Part shown: one piece after another, positions 1-12,960 of the stretch | Layout of the letters: the number at the start of each line of letters is the position of its first letter | How positions within the stretch are numbered: the first letter of the stretch is position 1 | Notes under the pieces: generated by a model | What the model was told of the DNA's origin: nothing | What the model saw: the letters and a program-made list of their open reading frames with translations, nothing else | Database searches by the model: none | Position numbers and translations under genes: made by a program | From: Moniliella sp. 'wahieum' | Lineage: Eukaryota | Direction: 5' to 3' | Assembly (NCBI GenBank): GCA_003971905.1 | Contig: RSEE01000023.1 | Span: 434,001-498,000 of the forward strand | DNA: 64,000 nt

Positions 1-314
1 TGTTACGAATGGAGATGCTACAAAGGTACAGTGACCACTGGGTGGTATGAGAATACCAATTGAGAGGAGCATAGCATAGAGCCTACGTTTTTGGGGGGAA
101 GGAAGCAGTGTCCGTGAAGACAGGACCCTGAACGTGGTACAACTTCCTCTTGCCGGGTCTGGGCTAAGGAGTACGGGAGAGGAGAGGGCATGGATCATGA
201 GCCAGACATGAGCAAGAACCGGAATCCAAGTTCAAGGAACTCACTCTCTGGTCAGTCAAAGCCATATGTGGATGTGAAATGTTGCGCTTGGGCACAACCT
301 CAACCAACACCAAC

Positions 315-1048
315 TTAGGCCGTCTGGGCCTTGGCCGCAGCGACGGCGACACGGTGGGCGTGGTGAGCCGCAGCCTTCTCCGCGCTGCGCGAAGCAAGGA
401 GCTTCTCGTAGTCTGCCTTCTGGGCGGCCTGCTCACGCTGCTTGCGCACCTTGAGCGCAAAGAGGTGGCGCTTGTGTTGGAGGCGCACGGGGGTGATGAG
501 ACGCTGGATCTTGGGCGCCTTGGTGTAGGGCTTCTTGCCCTCGGCCTTGGGCACAACCTCGCGACGGATCACGTACTGGCGCACATCATCTTCCTTGGTC
601 AAGTTGAAGAACTTGCGGATGTGGTTGGCACGCTTGGGGCCGAGGCGCTTGGGCACAATGCTGGCCTCGTCCGTAAGACCGGGGATCTCCTGCTCACCCT
701 GCTTGACAATAACAAGGTGAAGAGCAGCAATGTCGGCAGCGACGATGCAGCCGCGGACCGACTTGCGCCGGCGCTCACCAGTGCGACGCTGGCGGTAGCA
801 CGAGTGGCCCTCGCTGAGCAGCAGACGGACACGGTGGGGCACAAGCACACCCTGCTTCATAGGGAAGCCCTGCTTGTCGTTACCACCGCCAATGCGACGA
901 CGACGTAGCCCTTGAACTCGTCTCCAAGAGCGTCAATCTCGACGTCCTGGCCCATCCGCTTCTCCCAGAAAATGCGGGTCTTGCGGTCATCGTCAATCTC
1001 GAAGCTCTTCTGAGCCCCGGTCGCAGGGTTAGCAAAGTTGAGCTTCAT
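315..1048 (-). CDS. RPS6: 40S ribosomal protein eS6 (one apparent frameshift near 880-900)
   Basis: [20 protein letters not shown]... joins [15 protein letters not shown]...[11 protein letters not shown]...[19 protein letters not shown]...[14 protein letters not shown] at 1048, TAA at 315-317. Confidence 0.96.
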
Positions 1049-1155
1049 GTTGGGCCAAAAGAGAACTGGAGCAACAGAGTCAGCACATCGGCATCCACGG
1101 AATAAGAGCGGGAGGGTTGGGAGGGAAGGGGCGTTCATCTCCCCCGGCAACGCAC

Positions 1156-1424
1156 CTGAGCGCCTGAGCTTGGTGTCGGTGGAGAACAATTCTGTAGCTG
1201 GGACGACGTGCCATCAGCGTCCGGCGGCCACGGCCTGCGGCACAGCACCCGAGTGCCGGAAAAAAACCCTACCACCCAATGTCCGCACCAGCCCAGTGTG
1301 AACGCCTGTAACCCTACACTGGCATGGCGTATTCATGCCGCAGCAATAACGACGTGCATCCATCGCTGCCCTTCATGTTCACCGCTCCCCCTGTCACCAG
1401 ACACACGCAAGCCGTTCAACTTTA
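1156..1424. promoter_or_regulatory. Probable bidirectional promoter shared by RPS6 and RPS13
   Basis: Short spacer between the 5'-UTR intron donors of two divergent RP genes; two AACCCTAC motifs (1265-1272, 1310-1317). Confidence 0.55.
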
Positions 1425-1520
1425 GTGAGTTGACGCCCACGTTACTATCTTGGCACGTTGTGCAGCAGGATCTTTTGACTAACCCGCGTCGCCTTGCTCT
1501 CTGCTCTCAACTAGTTCAAC

Positions 1521-1973
1521 ATGGGTCGTATGTACGGTAAGGGTAAGGGCATTTCGTCCTCGGCGCTGCCCTACAGGCGCTCGCCTCCCTCCTGGCTCAA
1601 GGCCACCCTGAGGAGGTCGCCAACCAGATCTTCAAGCTGGCGCGCAAGGGTCTTACCCCCTCGCAGATTGGTGTTCAGCTCCGTGACTCGCAGGGCATTG
1701 CTCAGGTGCGCTTTGTGACGGGTAACAAGATCCTCCGTATCCTCAAGTCGGAGGGCCTTGCGCCCCAGATCCCTGAGGACCTGTACCACCTCATCAAGAA
1801 GGCTGTGTCTGTGCGCAAGCACCTCGAGCGCAACCGCAAGGACATGGACTCGAAATTCCGCCTGATTCTCATCGAGTCGCGCATCCACCGCCTGACGCGT
1901 TACTACAAGGCCAAGGGCCGTGCCCCCTACCTTCAAGTACGAGTCGGCGACCGCCTCCACTCTGGTTGCCTAA
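1521..1973 (+). CDS. RPS13: 40S ribosomal protein uS15 (S13), indel-frameshifted
   Basis: [27 protein letters not shown]...[59 protein letters not shown]...[11 protein letters not shown]. Confidence 0.96.
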
Positions 1974-4900
1974 GCCCGTCCAGCACCCCTTTTCGTGTCG
2001 CTTTGGACGAAGAAACGGCTTGCTCCGGGACCTGGATATGTTGGAGAGGACAAGGCCAACAAGCCTGATGAAAGAGTGCCGCGAAGCCGGCTCTTCTTGG
2101 GAGTCTGGCTGGTGCTTGCTTCCATGGTCTCCTGTTGGGAGACATTTACTGTCCACGCGGCAAGGATATTCATTCTATGCCATTACTGCCCCCTCCCCTC
2201 CCTCACTACACGCCTTTCCGTAACCTGGGACAGGCGTGGCGACAAAATATATGGAGGTCATGCTCTCGAAGACTATATGTTGTAGGATAATATGCAGGTG
2301 CGATCTTCTTGCCTCGAGCATCGCGACAGATGAAGAATGGTTTGGTCAAAATGACTTTGGCTGTCATCTGGCCTACCAAGAACGAAACAGTAGTGCTCGA
2401 GGGCGGTCGACGACGCAACTCGAGATGACGCAGAAGAAGAAACGCTCCACATCAAGCCATGGGCCACCGGGTAGCACAGCTTGGACGATCCTACGAGTGC
2501 CGGATCCCACACGGCAGGCGTAGTCTCCATCAGCGACAGCCATTCCCGGATGCTCTGGCCCATCAGCGACCACCTATGCCAGTCGCTCTGGAGGCCCACC
2601 ATGCCGGTTGACCTTGATTTATGCTTGCTGCACAGAATTGCCCCGGTTTGCCCCAAGAGCTGGTTACTGCGGATTGCGCTGAGCTGTCGCATGTTTTTGG
2701 CGTGACAGGTGAGGCGGATGCGGTGACCCGGGGTGCGCCCTGGTGCCGACGCAGAAGTTTTCGGCTGCAGAGGGAGACACTGCCCCTGTGCACTGTGACA
2801 GCCATTTATGGTCGGGGCTGCGGGCTGGCACAGCGCCAGCCAACCCGGCGGCTCCTGGCCGTAATGGAGCAGGGCCCTCGTGCCTGTGGCGAGAAGCCCG
2901 TACTTTTCCAGTACAAGCCCAAGAGAGGCCATCCCGCCCTGGCTGCCCCACAGATGCGTGCTGCCGAGCACGCAACGGTAGAGACTGGGCCAAGCCAAAC
3001 CCAACAAGCACAAAGATGCGCAGCTTTTTTTCCCATCCCATCCCAACCCATCCGCATCCGCATCCCCACCCCAACGACCCTCCTCCGCTATGGCTCTTGG
3101 CTCTGGTCTCCCTGACCAGCCCGCGGATGAGCCCCGTGGCCGCGTGGCCAGCGTACACACCGGTCGGGGGGCGCAGGCAACGTATGTCCCTTCCCTTGTG
3201 CTTCTGAACTCAACAAGGATACTGACCTTGTCGGGCTCCCTAGATGCTTCACGCTTCTTCACGGGGCTACTCTGGTCCTGAACCTGAAGAAATTGCAGCG
3301 TACCAACTGACTGCTGACAACCCCCGGCAACTGTTTCCTCGGGCCGCGGTGGCGTAGGCAATGTACGTTCCCCCTCGCGCGACCCGCTCGACCGTGCTCG
3401 GATCGCGAACCAAGAACAGAGGGATCAAGAGTTGCAGGAAGAGTATCGCAAACACAAGGCCGCCGCGCCGCATTATTCCCCAGCAGGCCGAGGGGGCCGC
3501 GGCAACCTCCACCGCGAAGGTTCGCTCGATCAGCCGCGGGGCGAGTCAGGAGCGCGGCCGCAAGGAAGGCCCGGTGGGATCGGTACGTTCCCTCCGCTTT
3601 CACTCCTCTCCTTCAGATTGAAGGAGTATGAGTGATTCGCATTTGAGGTACTGACCCATTCTGTTGTTGTGTATAGATTCTCCGGTCCTTCTCCCGCTCC
3701 CGATCTCGCGATCCCTCGGCACCGCAGCGAAGGGACACGAGCGAGTTGCCCCCGCGCTCGGTGGCGACACCCCAGTCTGGCTCAGGGACCAAGTTTGAGG
3801 TGAGCCGTGTTCCACCTACTGGGCCTCTGGCGGATGTGGAAGAAGGTCTTGAGATGGGAGAGAGCGCGGAGCACTTGCCCCGGTAAACCCAATCTGGGTC
3901 CGTCTACCCCTGTCCTCCCTCCTACCTCTACCGCCTTCTCTCGCGTTTGCATGACCACCTTCAACTGCCTATCTCTTCCTCCAACCTCTTATTTGATTTT
4001 GCCGGGTCTCCGACTCGTTACGCTCTCACGTGTCTTGGTCCGAACTCAATCATTTCCTCCCTAATGGTCATAGTCACTGCGGCACTGGTTCTTTTCTTCG
4101 GTCTATGTTACGTTTCACCCCACTCATACTTCATTCTTTCCCGTTTAACCCAGCTCTCCCTTTTTGTCCGCTTCAGCTCATGGTAGGTCCGGCCCACCGT
4201 ACCCCCTCGTCGATTCTGAGGTATCGACTGTTGGGGAAAATAACGCAAATGGGGGAGGTGAGGATTGGCAATGGCTCAGTGTGGGTATTGATCTTACAAC
4301 CAAATTCAACAGGGACTCAGTGCGACAACGGGAAAAAAGTGACAGGCAGGCAGGTCGATAGACGACAACGTTGGACCATGTGAGCATCGCGCAGGGTGGG
4401 ATAACGATACCAGCGCTGGGAGGGTGATGATGGCGCAAACTTGCTTCCCTGGCGCACTCTGCTCTCCGCAGTACACACGCCGATCATACTTAATCGCGGG
4501 GATGCTGACTACGAGTACGAACAGCCCCTCTCAGAAATAGGATGAACCCGGTTTTCACTACTGTTTTTTTTTGTTCGCGGGATAAATGCTGTCTTGTCCG
4601 CGCGCCTGCCAACGGGATTAGAGGGGAAGAAGCTGCCCAGCTTCTCCGATCCTCAATGGTTAATGACGTTGTATACACCCCCTTTGCACTGCCATTGTCT
4701 ACGGCGCATCCTGCCGAAGTGGTACACCTACTAACGTTCTCGTCCCGTACTATACAAGATGCACACTTTGGTGGCCGGTGGTGTAACGAAGTGCAGTACA
4801 TTGACTAGAAGGGGAATGGAACGTACCAGTTTGGATTGTTCTTGATCGCTGCGAAGTGGGAGTAAGCAGCAGGAGAGGTCTGAGCAAAACAAGCGGGGGG

Positions 4901-6208
4901 TTAGCATGATCGCCATTGATTGTTGACTCAGCAACACAACGGGATAGGCTGGGAAGTCTCAGACTTCCAAGGAAGGTCTGTGGGCCGTCACAGGGCAAGG
5001 CAGGCTTCAACTCAAAGCCAATGCAAACGAGCCAACTCAATGGGCCGCTGGAGACGCATAACTGGGTTCGTACACGCCTCCACCCCGCACCCGAAGGCCA
5101 GAGGGGATGGACACCATCGACGTGCCAACGACACGAGCCCTCTTGGCCAGAGGAGCACTATTGCCCCCGCCACAGAGGGCGGCTTGCGTGCCCTACAGTG
5201 GAAACTGCGAATTTGGTTGGATACCAGGGATATCGATCATCGGCAACCCAGCCTGCAGAATGATGGGTTGAACGTACCAGTCAGTCTTGACAAGATGTGG
5301 TTGAACCGGAACGGCAAACGTTGGTGGGGGAAGCAAGTTGATGCTAGCAAAGCAAACAAACCAGGTCAGCAGCCGTGAATCAGGGCAAGGCAAAGGATCA
5401 GACAACGAGGTGCTGGCAAGCACCGAAGAAACAATCGTGCCGAAGCACGTAGCGCCGACGAGACGCCGCCTTGTCGTTTCGGCATGGTCATATAGGCCGG
5501 GGCAAGGAAGATGAAGACATCATGAAGAGGATGACCATGAACACAAACATACCTTAAGACGAAGGCGAAAATGGGGGCGGTGAAGACTGGTGATCGATAG
5601 GCGGGAACACAGCGAGACTTCGGCAAATGGGAAGAAGGGCGAAGAGACGATGCAGAAGTGGAAGACACTTCAGACGGATACGGGGCCTTTATACCAAACC
5701 CCAAAGCAAGGAGAAAAAAAAAAGTGCATGAGGCCATGCCTCCAAATCAACTGTTACATAAGCGGCTGTTCCGCGGGGACTGTCTGTTCCGCCAGCTATC
5801 ACCTCCTGAGGCCTCATGCCAATAACCCTAACATTAACCCAACCGTTAGGCCTTAGGCCTTAGGCAGGCCTGGCTCAGGCCTGAGACCCTGAGGGCTTGT
5901 GACATGTGGCATGTGACATGTGACATGTGATGTCTCTCAATTATGGAGCCAAGGCTGATCACGTCGTCGTCACGGCAAACGGTGGTCCGGAAACAGGTAC
6001 ACGACTTTCAGTATTGTAACAGTCGGGGCTATAGACGAGGGAGACCAAGGTCCTATCAGAGACGGGGGAAATGGCAAGATCGTTCGTAGGAGGAAACAGA
6101 AGGCATCGGCAGCGAGCAGAAGCAATGAGAGGCAAAAGCGAGAAACACATAATGCAGAATTGGAAATTGGTGCTAGCCTACTTTAGTCATTCGGTGACAA
6201 GTACTAGC

Positions 6209-7280
6209 CAAGGCAACCAGACGCAGGAAGACATCAAATCCGTTCCAAATAACATGAAGGATGGAACAGAGATTGGCTTTCGGAAGAGAGAATGTAAAAA
6301 AACGAAGAAAAACACGCCTACCAAACGATGCCAGTGTCGAAGTACATAACTCTGTAGCTCTGAGGGACACTGTAGCCCGCCTCGACTGTTTCGTGCCCTG
6401 CCGAAATGGAGGGTAAAAGGGAAGAGAGTCAGTATAGGCGACGTGCCACGGGGAGAAATATAGGGCACTTACCTGAGTTGCTAAGCTGCCAATTGTAATT
6501 ACCGTCGTTGCTGGGGCCTTGCGTGTTTCCCGTAAAAACAATCTGGTTGCGGATGATGGGTGCGGTTGGGTCGTCAGCGTTGCCGCTACCGGTGAGGAGA
6601 AAAATTGGTCACTGTAGTGGGCGTCACCGCTGTTCGTGACACAGGGAGCCGCATCAAAGTGAGTTGTGGTGCCATTGTTATTCGTGCGGGCCCGAATGCA
6701 CTTCCCGGGATGGTCCGCACTCTCAAAGTACCCAGTTGCACTGAAGCCCCAACCTTCAGCATAGCCCATTATGTTCGACGCGTGCATGTAGAACTTCTCG
6801 GCACGAGCCGGCGCACCATTTGCACCCTGGGGAAAGCACTTGGTACCCAAGCGTGTCACGGAAGCCATTGAAGGAGACCGTGTGGTTCACCGAGCTGTTG
6901 TCGGTCAGCAGCAAGCCGGGGGGCCCCATGTGGCGGTAGAATCATCACGGGGCTTGAAGGACGTAGGCGCGGCCGAGACGACTGCAGCAGTGGTAGCAGC
7001 AGCGGCGAATAGGATGCTCTTCATTGTCGAGTGTCGTGTGGAATAACAGGGGGGGGGGTGTGAGGAGAATAGGTGGTGGTAGTGGTGGGTGCGAGAGCGG
7101 AGTGATGGCCCCAATGAGTTGGTGATGAAGGGATGGAGAGAAGCTGCGCAGATGCAAAAGGGGCCCCTTTAAATAACCTGTCATTCAGGCGTTCTGCCCT
7201 CCCACACATCATGTAAGTAGACCGACGCTATGCGCGTGAGATTGTAGGTAGATCCCCGAGCGGTACCCATTGCCAACCGC
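6209..7280 (-). repeat. Left arm of a ~1.05 kb inverted duplication (partner 11348-12382)
   Basis: Reverse complement matches 11348-12382 through upstream region, CDS, intron and 3' UTR (e.g. GGAAGAGAGAATGTAAAAAAACG). Confidence 0.9.
6318..7024 (-). CDS. Secreted protein of unknown function, paralog A
   Basis: MKSILFAAAATTAAVVSAAP signal peptide; near-identical to 11567-12277; intron after ...LSNS; ends MYFDTGIVW*; frameshifts. Confidence 0.75.
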
Positions 7281-9054
7281 CCTCAGGCCTCAGGCTGAGG
7301 TCATACGGCTTACGGCGTCCGAGGGTTAGGGGCCTAATAAGGCCTAAAACGTAACTCGTAACGCGTGCCGCGTGAGATCGAAGGCCTACCCAACGCGCTG
7401 GACGAGATTGGGAGCTGATGGAGGGGCAGCGGCCTGCTGTGGTTGCGGTGGCATTTGGCTGCTGTGGCCGCAACAGATTGTGCCCTGCGTATATAATGTT
7501 GCCGGATTTCCGCACCGCTTGTCCTCAAAGACTCTGGCTCCAGGCAGCCAAAGGTGAAACTTGAAGCGCCTCGCGCGTGGGATCGTCGGAGGTGCCTGCA
7601 CCTTGTCTCGAACGGCAGTGCAGAGCGCACGCATCCAAGTCTGCCATCCCATTCGCAAGCCCAGCTCTCCCCACACATGCCACACAGCCGGTGGGGGGAA
7701 GATACATATATGTGTCCATCGTATAGTCCGGCACGGCGCTCAACCAGACTAGGCGCCGGGGCAGGCCTCAGCGCTCGGCACCTCAGCACCGCCCCTAGGT
7801 GTGCTCAGCGCTTCACCAGTCCTGCTGCTCAGTTGAGTACGTTGAACGTTCAGTTGAACGTTGAACATTGAGCCCCTGCTGAGCCTCCGCGCGGGGCTTA
7901 GGCTCAGAGGGGTGAAGTGGTGAAGTTCATATTGCGACCATGTGAACATGTAAACCCATCGGAACGGGTTAAACCCAAAAGCGAACGACCTTGCGCGCGA
8001 ACGAACAATGTGGCGTGTTTGACGCGCTGACGGTCACCGGTCCCCGGCACTCCGCGGTCACATGTCGCACGAAAGTGTGGAGCACGTCGGAGTTGGAAGG
8101 TCTCGTCGATCATCATGCATCACATGTCACGTGCATCATGCATCACGCCATCACGAGTCATGGTAACCGGTAACCGGTAACCACAGTAAGGCCTAAGGCC
8201 TATAGTCAGGAGATCGTGTGCGTCAATAAGATATCTCGTCCGCGTCAATATTCAACGAGGTCCTGAGATCTGAAAGGAAAAGAACCCTGTGCTGACTAGC
8301 CCGTAACTACAGTGACTACATAATATTCGCCAAAAGGGAGGGGAGGAGTTCCACATGACTCCAATAACCGGTAGCCCCGGTAACCCCGCCCCATATCTCG
8401 TCGCTGCTAACATGTAACAAGCCACCGCCAGTCGGACATTGCCCCCGCCGTAACACATAAACCCCCTTCTCTTCGAAGACATCGTCCGAAGGACTGATTA
8501 TACACACATGACCCGTGAGGTCAGATCCTTTAAGGTTGAGGCTGCTTTTGGGAGCTGCGATTGCTGATGTATTTGGCCAGGCGCTGTGACTGTGACTGCC
8601 CGATCCAGGGGCATGCAAATTGTCCGCGGATCCTCTATACGCTTATGAGAGAGATTTGGCAAAAGTCTTTTGTATATCAGCACGTGGACTTTACGGTTAA
8701 ACGTTAATGTTAATGGACCTAGTTAAACTGGAAGAGTCGAGAAGGGCAACAAGGGGAGTTGTTGGGAGGGAAATGCACAGAAAGAAGGAGGCTAGTGATA
8801 ATACACATGTCGTCCTAGCTTGCGGCTGTATTCAGCCCTCCCCCTCCTCAAAAGAGGGTGTCAAGGACCCACAGCCTGTTCTCGGTAGCTGTGGTGTCAC
8901 AACAGCGGTAGATGCCCAAAAAAGAAGAGGTCGGTTTGTTGTTGGCGTGATGGCAAAAGTCACATCACCAATGATGAACATGGCGCATTACACAGCAAAA
9001 AAGAAAACCAGTGGAAAGAACAGCAGGGTTGCAAGAGGAACGAGGTCGATACGG

Positions 9055-9813
9055 TTAGAAACTGATAATGGCGTCCACGTAAGGGTTGAGCCGCTCGGAG
9101 TGACATCTTTGCCCGCTTCGACGGTCTCGTGTCCTGCAAATGTGGGTAGCAGGTGAGAGTCAGTATACTCAGTATTACATGTATGTATGTATATACATGC
9201 GGTTGGTTTTCACTCAGAGATGAGATCGAAAGGAAAAGGAGGGGGGTGGGGCGTACCAGAGTTACTGAGTTGGAAATGGTAATCGCTTGGCCCATCCGCA
9301 TCGGTAGTACCCGTAAACGTAAGCGTGTTGTGATTGTAGTAGACGGCCTCATCCGGGGGGAAGGTTTTTCCTTGGAGGAAGAACATTTGTGCACTGTAAC
9401 CGTTGGGGTCATCAACACCGTCCCAAAGACAAGGTGCAGCGTCAAAGTGGGTGGTAGAGCCGGTGAGCGTGCGAGCCCGAATGCACCGGCCAGCATGGTC
9501 GGCACTTTCCAAAATACCCACGCCATTGATGACAGAAGTATTAGACGATTCACCAGACTTCCATGCACTCACAGTTTTGAAGTTAAACTGCTCGGCCGGC
9601 CGGCGCACCATTTGCACCTGTTGGGAAAGCACTTGATACCCAAGCGTGTCCCGGAAGCCATTGAAGGAGACCGTGTGGTTTACCGTGTTGGTTGGGTCGC
9701 TCAGCGTAAGCCCCCGGGGCCCAGACGTTGTCTTGCCGCTTGAAGGGCGTAATAGGCGCGGCCGAAACCAGCGCAGCTGTGGTGGCGGCAACGGCGAGAA
9801 GGACGACCTTCAT
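9055..9813 (-). CDS. Secreted protein of unknown function, diverged paralog C
   Basis: MKVVLLAVAATTAALVSAAP..KR; shares VNHTVSFNGFRDTLGYQVLSQQ, ESADH.G.CIRAR, HFDAAPC, QLSNSG and HETVEAG with A/B; same intron position. Confidence 0.75.
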
Positions 9814-10715
9814 GCTGTGCGGTAGTGATGCGTTGATTAGGGGGAGTGGAGCTGTAGGTTGGGAAGAAAAGAGGGAGTGTAATGGTGGAGGGAATGATGC
9901 AGGAGCTTTTAGAGCGCCACGGCTATTGAAGTATATTTTATTGAAGCGTTGAGTGCTCAGGCTCGCTCAGATTCTCAGTACTGATTCATATGCCGGCGAA
10001 TCGGCGATAGGTCCGATGGAGACCAGGGGCTCAACAGCACTAGTACGCGTGTTGCCGGACTACCGCTTCCGTTATGCAACGAAATGTTGGTTCCCAAAAA
10101 AGGACCACATGCACTATCGAGAACGTAGGTACCGAAGGTGTACTCAGCAGTCTGAGTACTTAGCGCACTCCGCGCACTCAGCAAGCCCTCACTCAGAACT
10201 CAGCACTTACTTAGCATTCTTCGTTCAAACTCATTTGACGTTGATGTGTTTCGATGTATGTATGCTACTGAACGTCCGGCCCCGACGCCGACATATTTTT
10301 GTTTGTTGGCTGGTCTCGCTCACAACCGCACCAATTAATATGCCCTACCGGCACTAGGGCACTAGTCCACTATTATAGTCACACGGTGATTGTCATCTAT
10401 CGTCATCTAGTCATCGAAGTCATCTGGTCACCGGTCAGATCGGTCAGATGCCTCCTCCACAGCCTTTGGTCCCCACAGCAAAGTGGTGCGCGTGTATAGT
10501 ATGTACTAGGAGGCCATCGGGCCTACGGCCCGGCTGCACTGCGAATAGATTGATACTTATGCACTATGTCGACAGTCTTCGCACGGCCGTTTGAGGCACC
10601 ACGTATATGTATATAGCGGTCTCCGACGATCCGGAGCGCGAGGACCTTCAAGCTCGGCTGAGCCGCCGAGTGGCTCGTGCTTTGGCCAACGACCCTTCAA
10701 GCTTCAAGCTTCAAG

Positions 10716-10990
10716 CCTCAGTTCCTCCTCAGGCTAAGGCGCTGAGGCCTGAGCGCCTCAGCCTCCTATAGGAGTTCAGTTGTTTCCTCACTATCCTAGT
10801 CACTAGTCACTAGTCACTCCTTTGTTTCCTTGTTCTGCAGCTTGCGCCACATGGTGTGGCAGCTCGCTGTTTGATGTTCCTTTGTAGGCGTTGTGCTGGC
10901 TGGCTTAGAACTGATCATCAGTACCCAGTGCGACTTTGCATCCCTCACGAGCTTCGAGCACCATCGGGACTCCAGGTCTCAGATCTCAGA
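10716..10990 (+). repeat. Degenerate dispersed repeat, copy 1
   Basis: Shares CAGTTCCTCCTCAGGC...TTGATGTTCCTYTGTAGGC...CCAGTGCGA...ACCATCSGGACT with 47665-47860, and the central part with the reverse complement of 50515-50640. Confidence 0.6.
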
Positions 10991-11019
10991 AGACCTCATC
11001 GATCACCAAGCTCAGCAGG

Positions 11020-11085
11020 CATCATGCATCATGCATCATGGATCATGCATCATGCGCAGTGCATGCATCATGCATCATGCATCAC
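11020..11085. repeat. (GCATCAT)n heptamer array
   Basis: catcatgcatcatgcatcatggatcatgcatcatg... read directly. Confidence 0.9.
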
Positions 11086-11347
11086 ATGCCGCACTTGGCC
11101 GTCTGGAGCCAGCCTTTGTGGACAAGAGATGCCGAAGTCCGACAACGCACCGCATGGCATGGACGCCCATGCGCATAGTAAGTACACTGTGTGTGCACCA
11201 CGATGCCAGCCACAGCAGGCCTCAGGCCCAGCATACGGTAAATGTCTCCCAATGTTAAGGAGCTTTTAGGCCTTGAAGCTTGAGGGCCCTGTTTTAGATC
11301 TTATACACGTTTTACGCTTGCAGCTTGAAGAGCTTGAAGTTTGAAGC

Positions 11348-12382
11348 GCGGTTGGCAATGGGAACAGTTCGGGGATCTACCTCCAATCTCACGCGCATAA
11401 TGTCGGTCTCCTTTATTTAAAGGGGTCCTATGCATCTGCGCAGCTTCTCTCCATCCCTCCATCACCAACTCATTGCGGCCTTCACTCCGCTCTCGCACCC
11501 ACCACTACCCACCACCTATTCTCCTCACACCCCCCTTGCCCTGTTATTCCACACCGACACTCGACAATGAAGAGCATCCTATTCGCCGCTGCTGCTACCA
11601 CTGCTGCAGTCGTCTCGGCCGCGCCTACGTCCTTCAAGCCCCGTGATGATTCTACCGCCACATGGGGCCCCGCCGGCTTGCTGCTGACCGACAACAGCTC
11701 GGTGAACCACACGGTCTCCTTCAATGGCTTCCGTGACACGCTTGGGTACCAAGTGCTTTCCCAACAGGGTGCAAATGGTGCGCCGGCTCGTGCCGAGAAG
11801 TTCTACATGCACGCGTCGAACATTATGAGCTTTGCTGAAGGCGGAGGCTTCAGTGCAACTGGGTACTTTGAGAGTGCGGACCATCCCGGGAAGTGCATTC
11901 GGGCTCGCACGAATAACAATGGCACCACAACTCACTTTGATGCGGCGCCCTGTGTCAAGAACAGCGGTGACGCCCACTACAGTGACCAATTTTTCTTCCT
12001 CACCGGTGACGGCAACCCTGACGCCCCAACCGCACCCTTCTATCGCAACCAGATTGTTTTTACGGGAAACACGCAAGGTCCGGCCAACGGTTTATCTTAC
12101 AATTGGCAGCTTAGCAACTCAGGTAGGTGCCCTATATTTCTCCCCGTGGCACGTCTCGCGTATATTGACTCTTTTCCCTTACCCTCTATTTTGACAGGGC
12201 ACGAAACAGTCGAGGCGGGCTACAGTGTCCCTCAGAGCTACAGAGTTATGTACTTCGACACTGGCATCGTTTGGTAGGCGTGTTTTCCTCGTTTTTTTAC
12301 ATTCTCTCTTCCGAAAGCCAATCTCTGTTCCATCCTTCATGTTATTTGGAACGGATTTGATCTCTGCCTGTGTCTGGTTGCC
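11348..12382 (+). repeat. Right arm of the ~1.05 kb inverted duplication
   Basis: Reverse-complement match to 6209-7280. Confidence 0.9.
11567..12277 (+). CDS. Secreted protein of unknown function, paralog B (intron 12123-12197)
   Basis: Intact ORF; signal peptide, KPR putative Kex2-type site, Cys pair GKCIRA...DAAPC; 75-nt GTAGGT...TTGAC...CAG intron that happens to be in frame. Confidence 0.8.
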   Translation: MKSILFAAAATTAAVVSAAPTSFKPRDDSTATWGPAGLLLTDNSSVNHTVSFNGFRDTLGYQVLSQQGANGAPARAEKFYMHASNIMSFAEGGGFSATGYFESADHPGKCIRARTNNNGTTTHFDAAPCVKNSGDAHYSDQFFFLTGDGNPDAPTAPFYRNQIVFTGNTQGPANGLSYNWQLSNSGRCPIFLPVARLAYIDSFPLPSILTGHETVEAGYSVPQSYRVMYFDTGIVW

Positions 12383-12960
12383 GTTAAATGCGCAAACCAT
12401 TTCAATTCAATCTACATGCGACTGCCACTGATGCACCACACCTTTTGGGGCCGGGGCATCGCCCCCTCAAATCTTTTGTCTTCTATATACTTTCGGCAAG
12501 TGGCATGATGAGATTTACACTAGATGGGGGGATTAGAGCGAAGGAGGCAGAGCTGTGGAAGCGGACGGGGCAGCCTAAGACTCTGTCTATGATCAGTCCC
12601 CTCTATCGGCTAGTCCAGCATCCTCAATGATGCCTTCATCCATTTTGGCATGTTTCAGCGGTACATGGGAAGGACCTCGTGTGTACCGTACGGTGGAGCC
12701 GTTATTGTAAAGAGAATATCAGTGGCTTTTGCTCCCATTCAGCAGGTATCTTCCATAACGCAGTCTGTAGTGTGCCGTTTTTGGAGGGCAAGGCAGGCCC
12801 AGGAGCCTCCTGTTGTACATAGGGCCGGGTTGGCTCACGCTCGAGAGATCAGAGGCTGATCACAGGACGTAATCAGAGACCCGGACGCTGCCTCGGCTGT
12901 TTACTTGGACCTCTATTGATTTTTCATCATTTTGACGGAATGGAGGCCACACACCATCCT

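Noticed and set aside
279..908. Long antisense ORFs over RP genes, PAB1, VAC8 and HSP78
   Set aside because: Shadow ORFs caused by strong GC3 codon bias on the coding strand
12868..12936. Box C/D snoRNA on the minus strand (ATGATGA...CTGA)
   Set aside because: Only ~60 nt with an imperfect terminal stem, and I could not identify an rRNA or snRNA complementary guide; needs a snoscan/Rfam run
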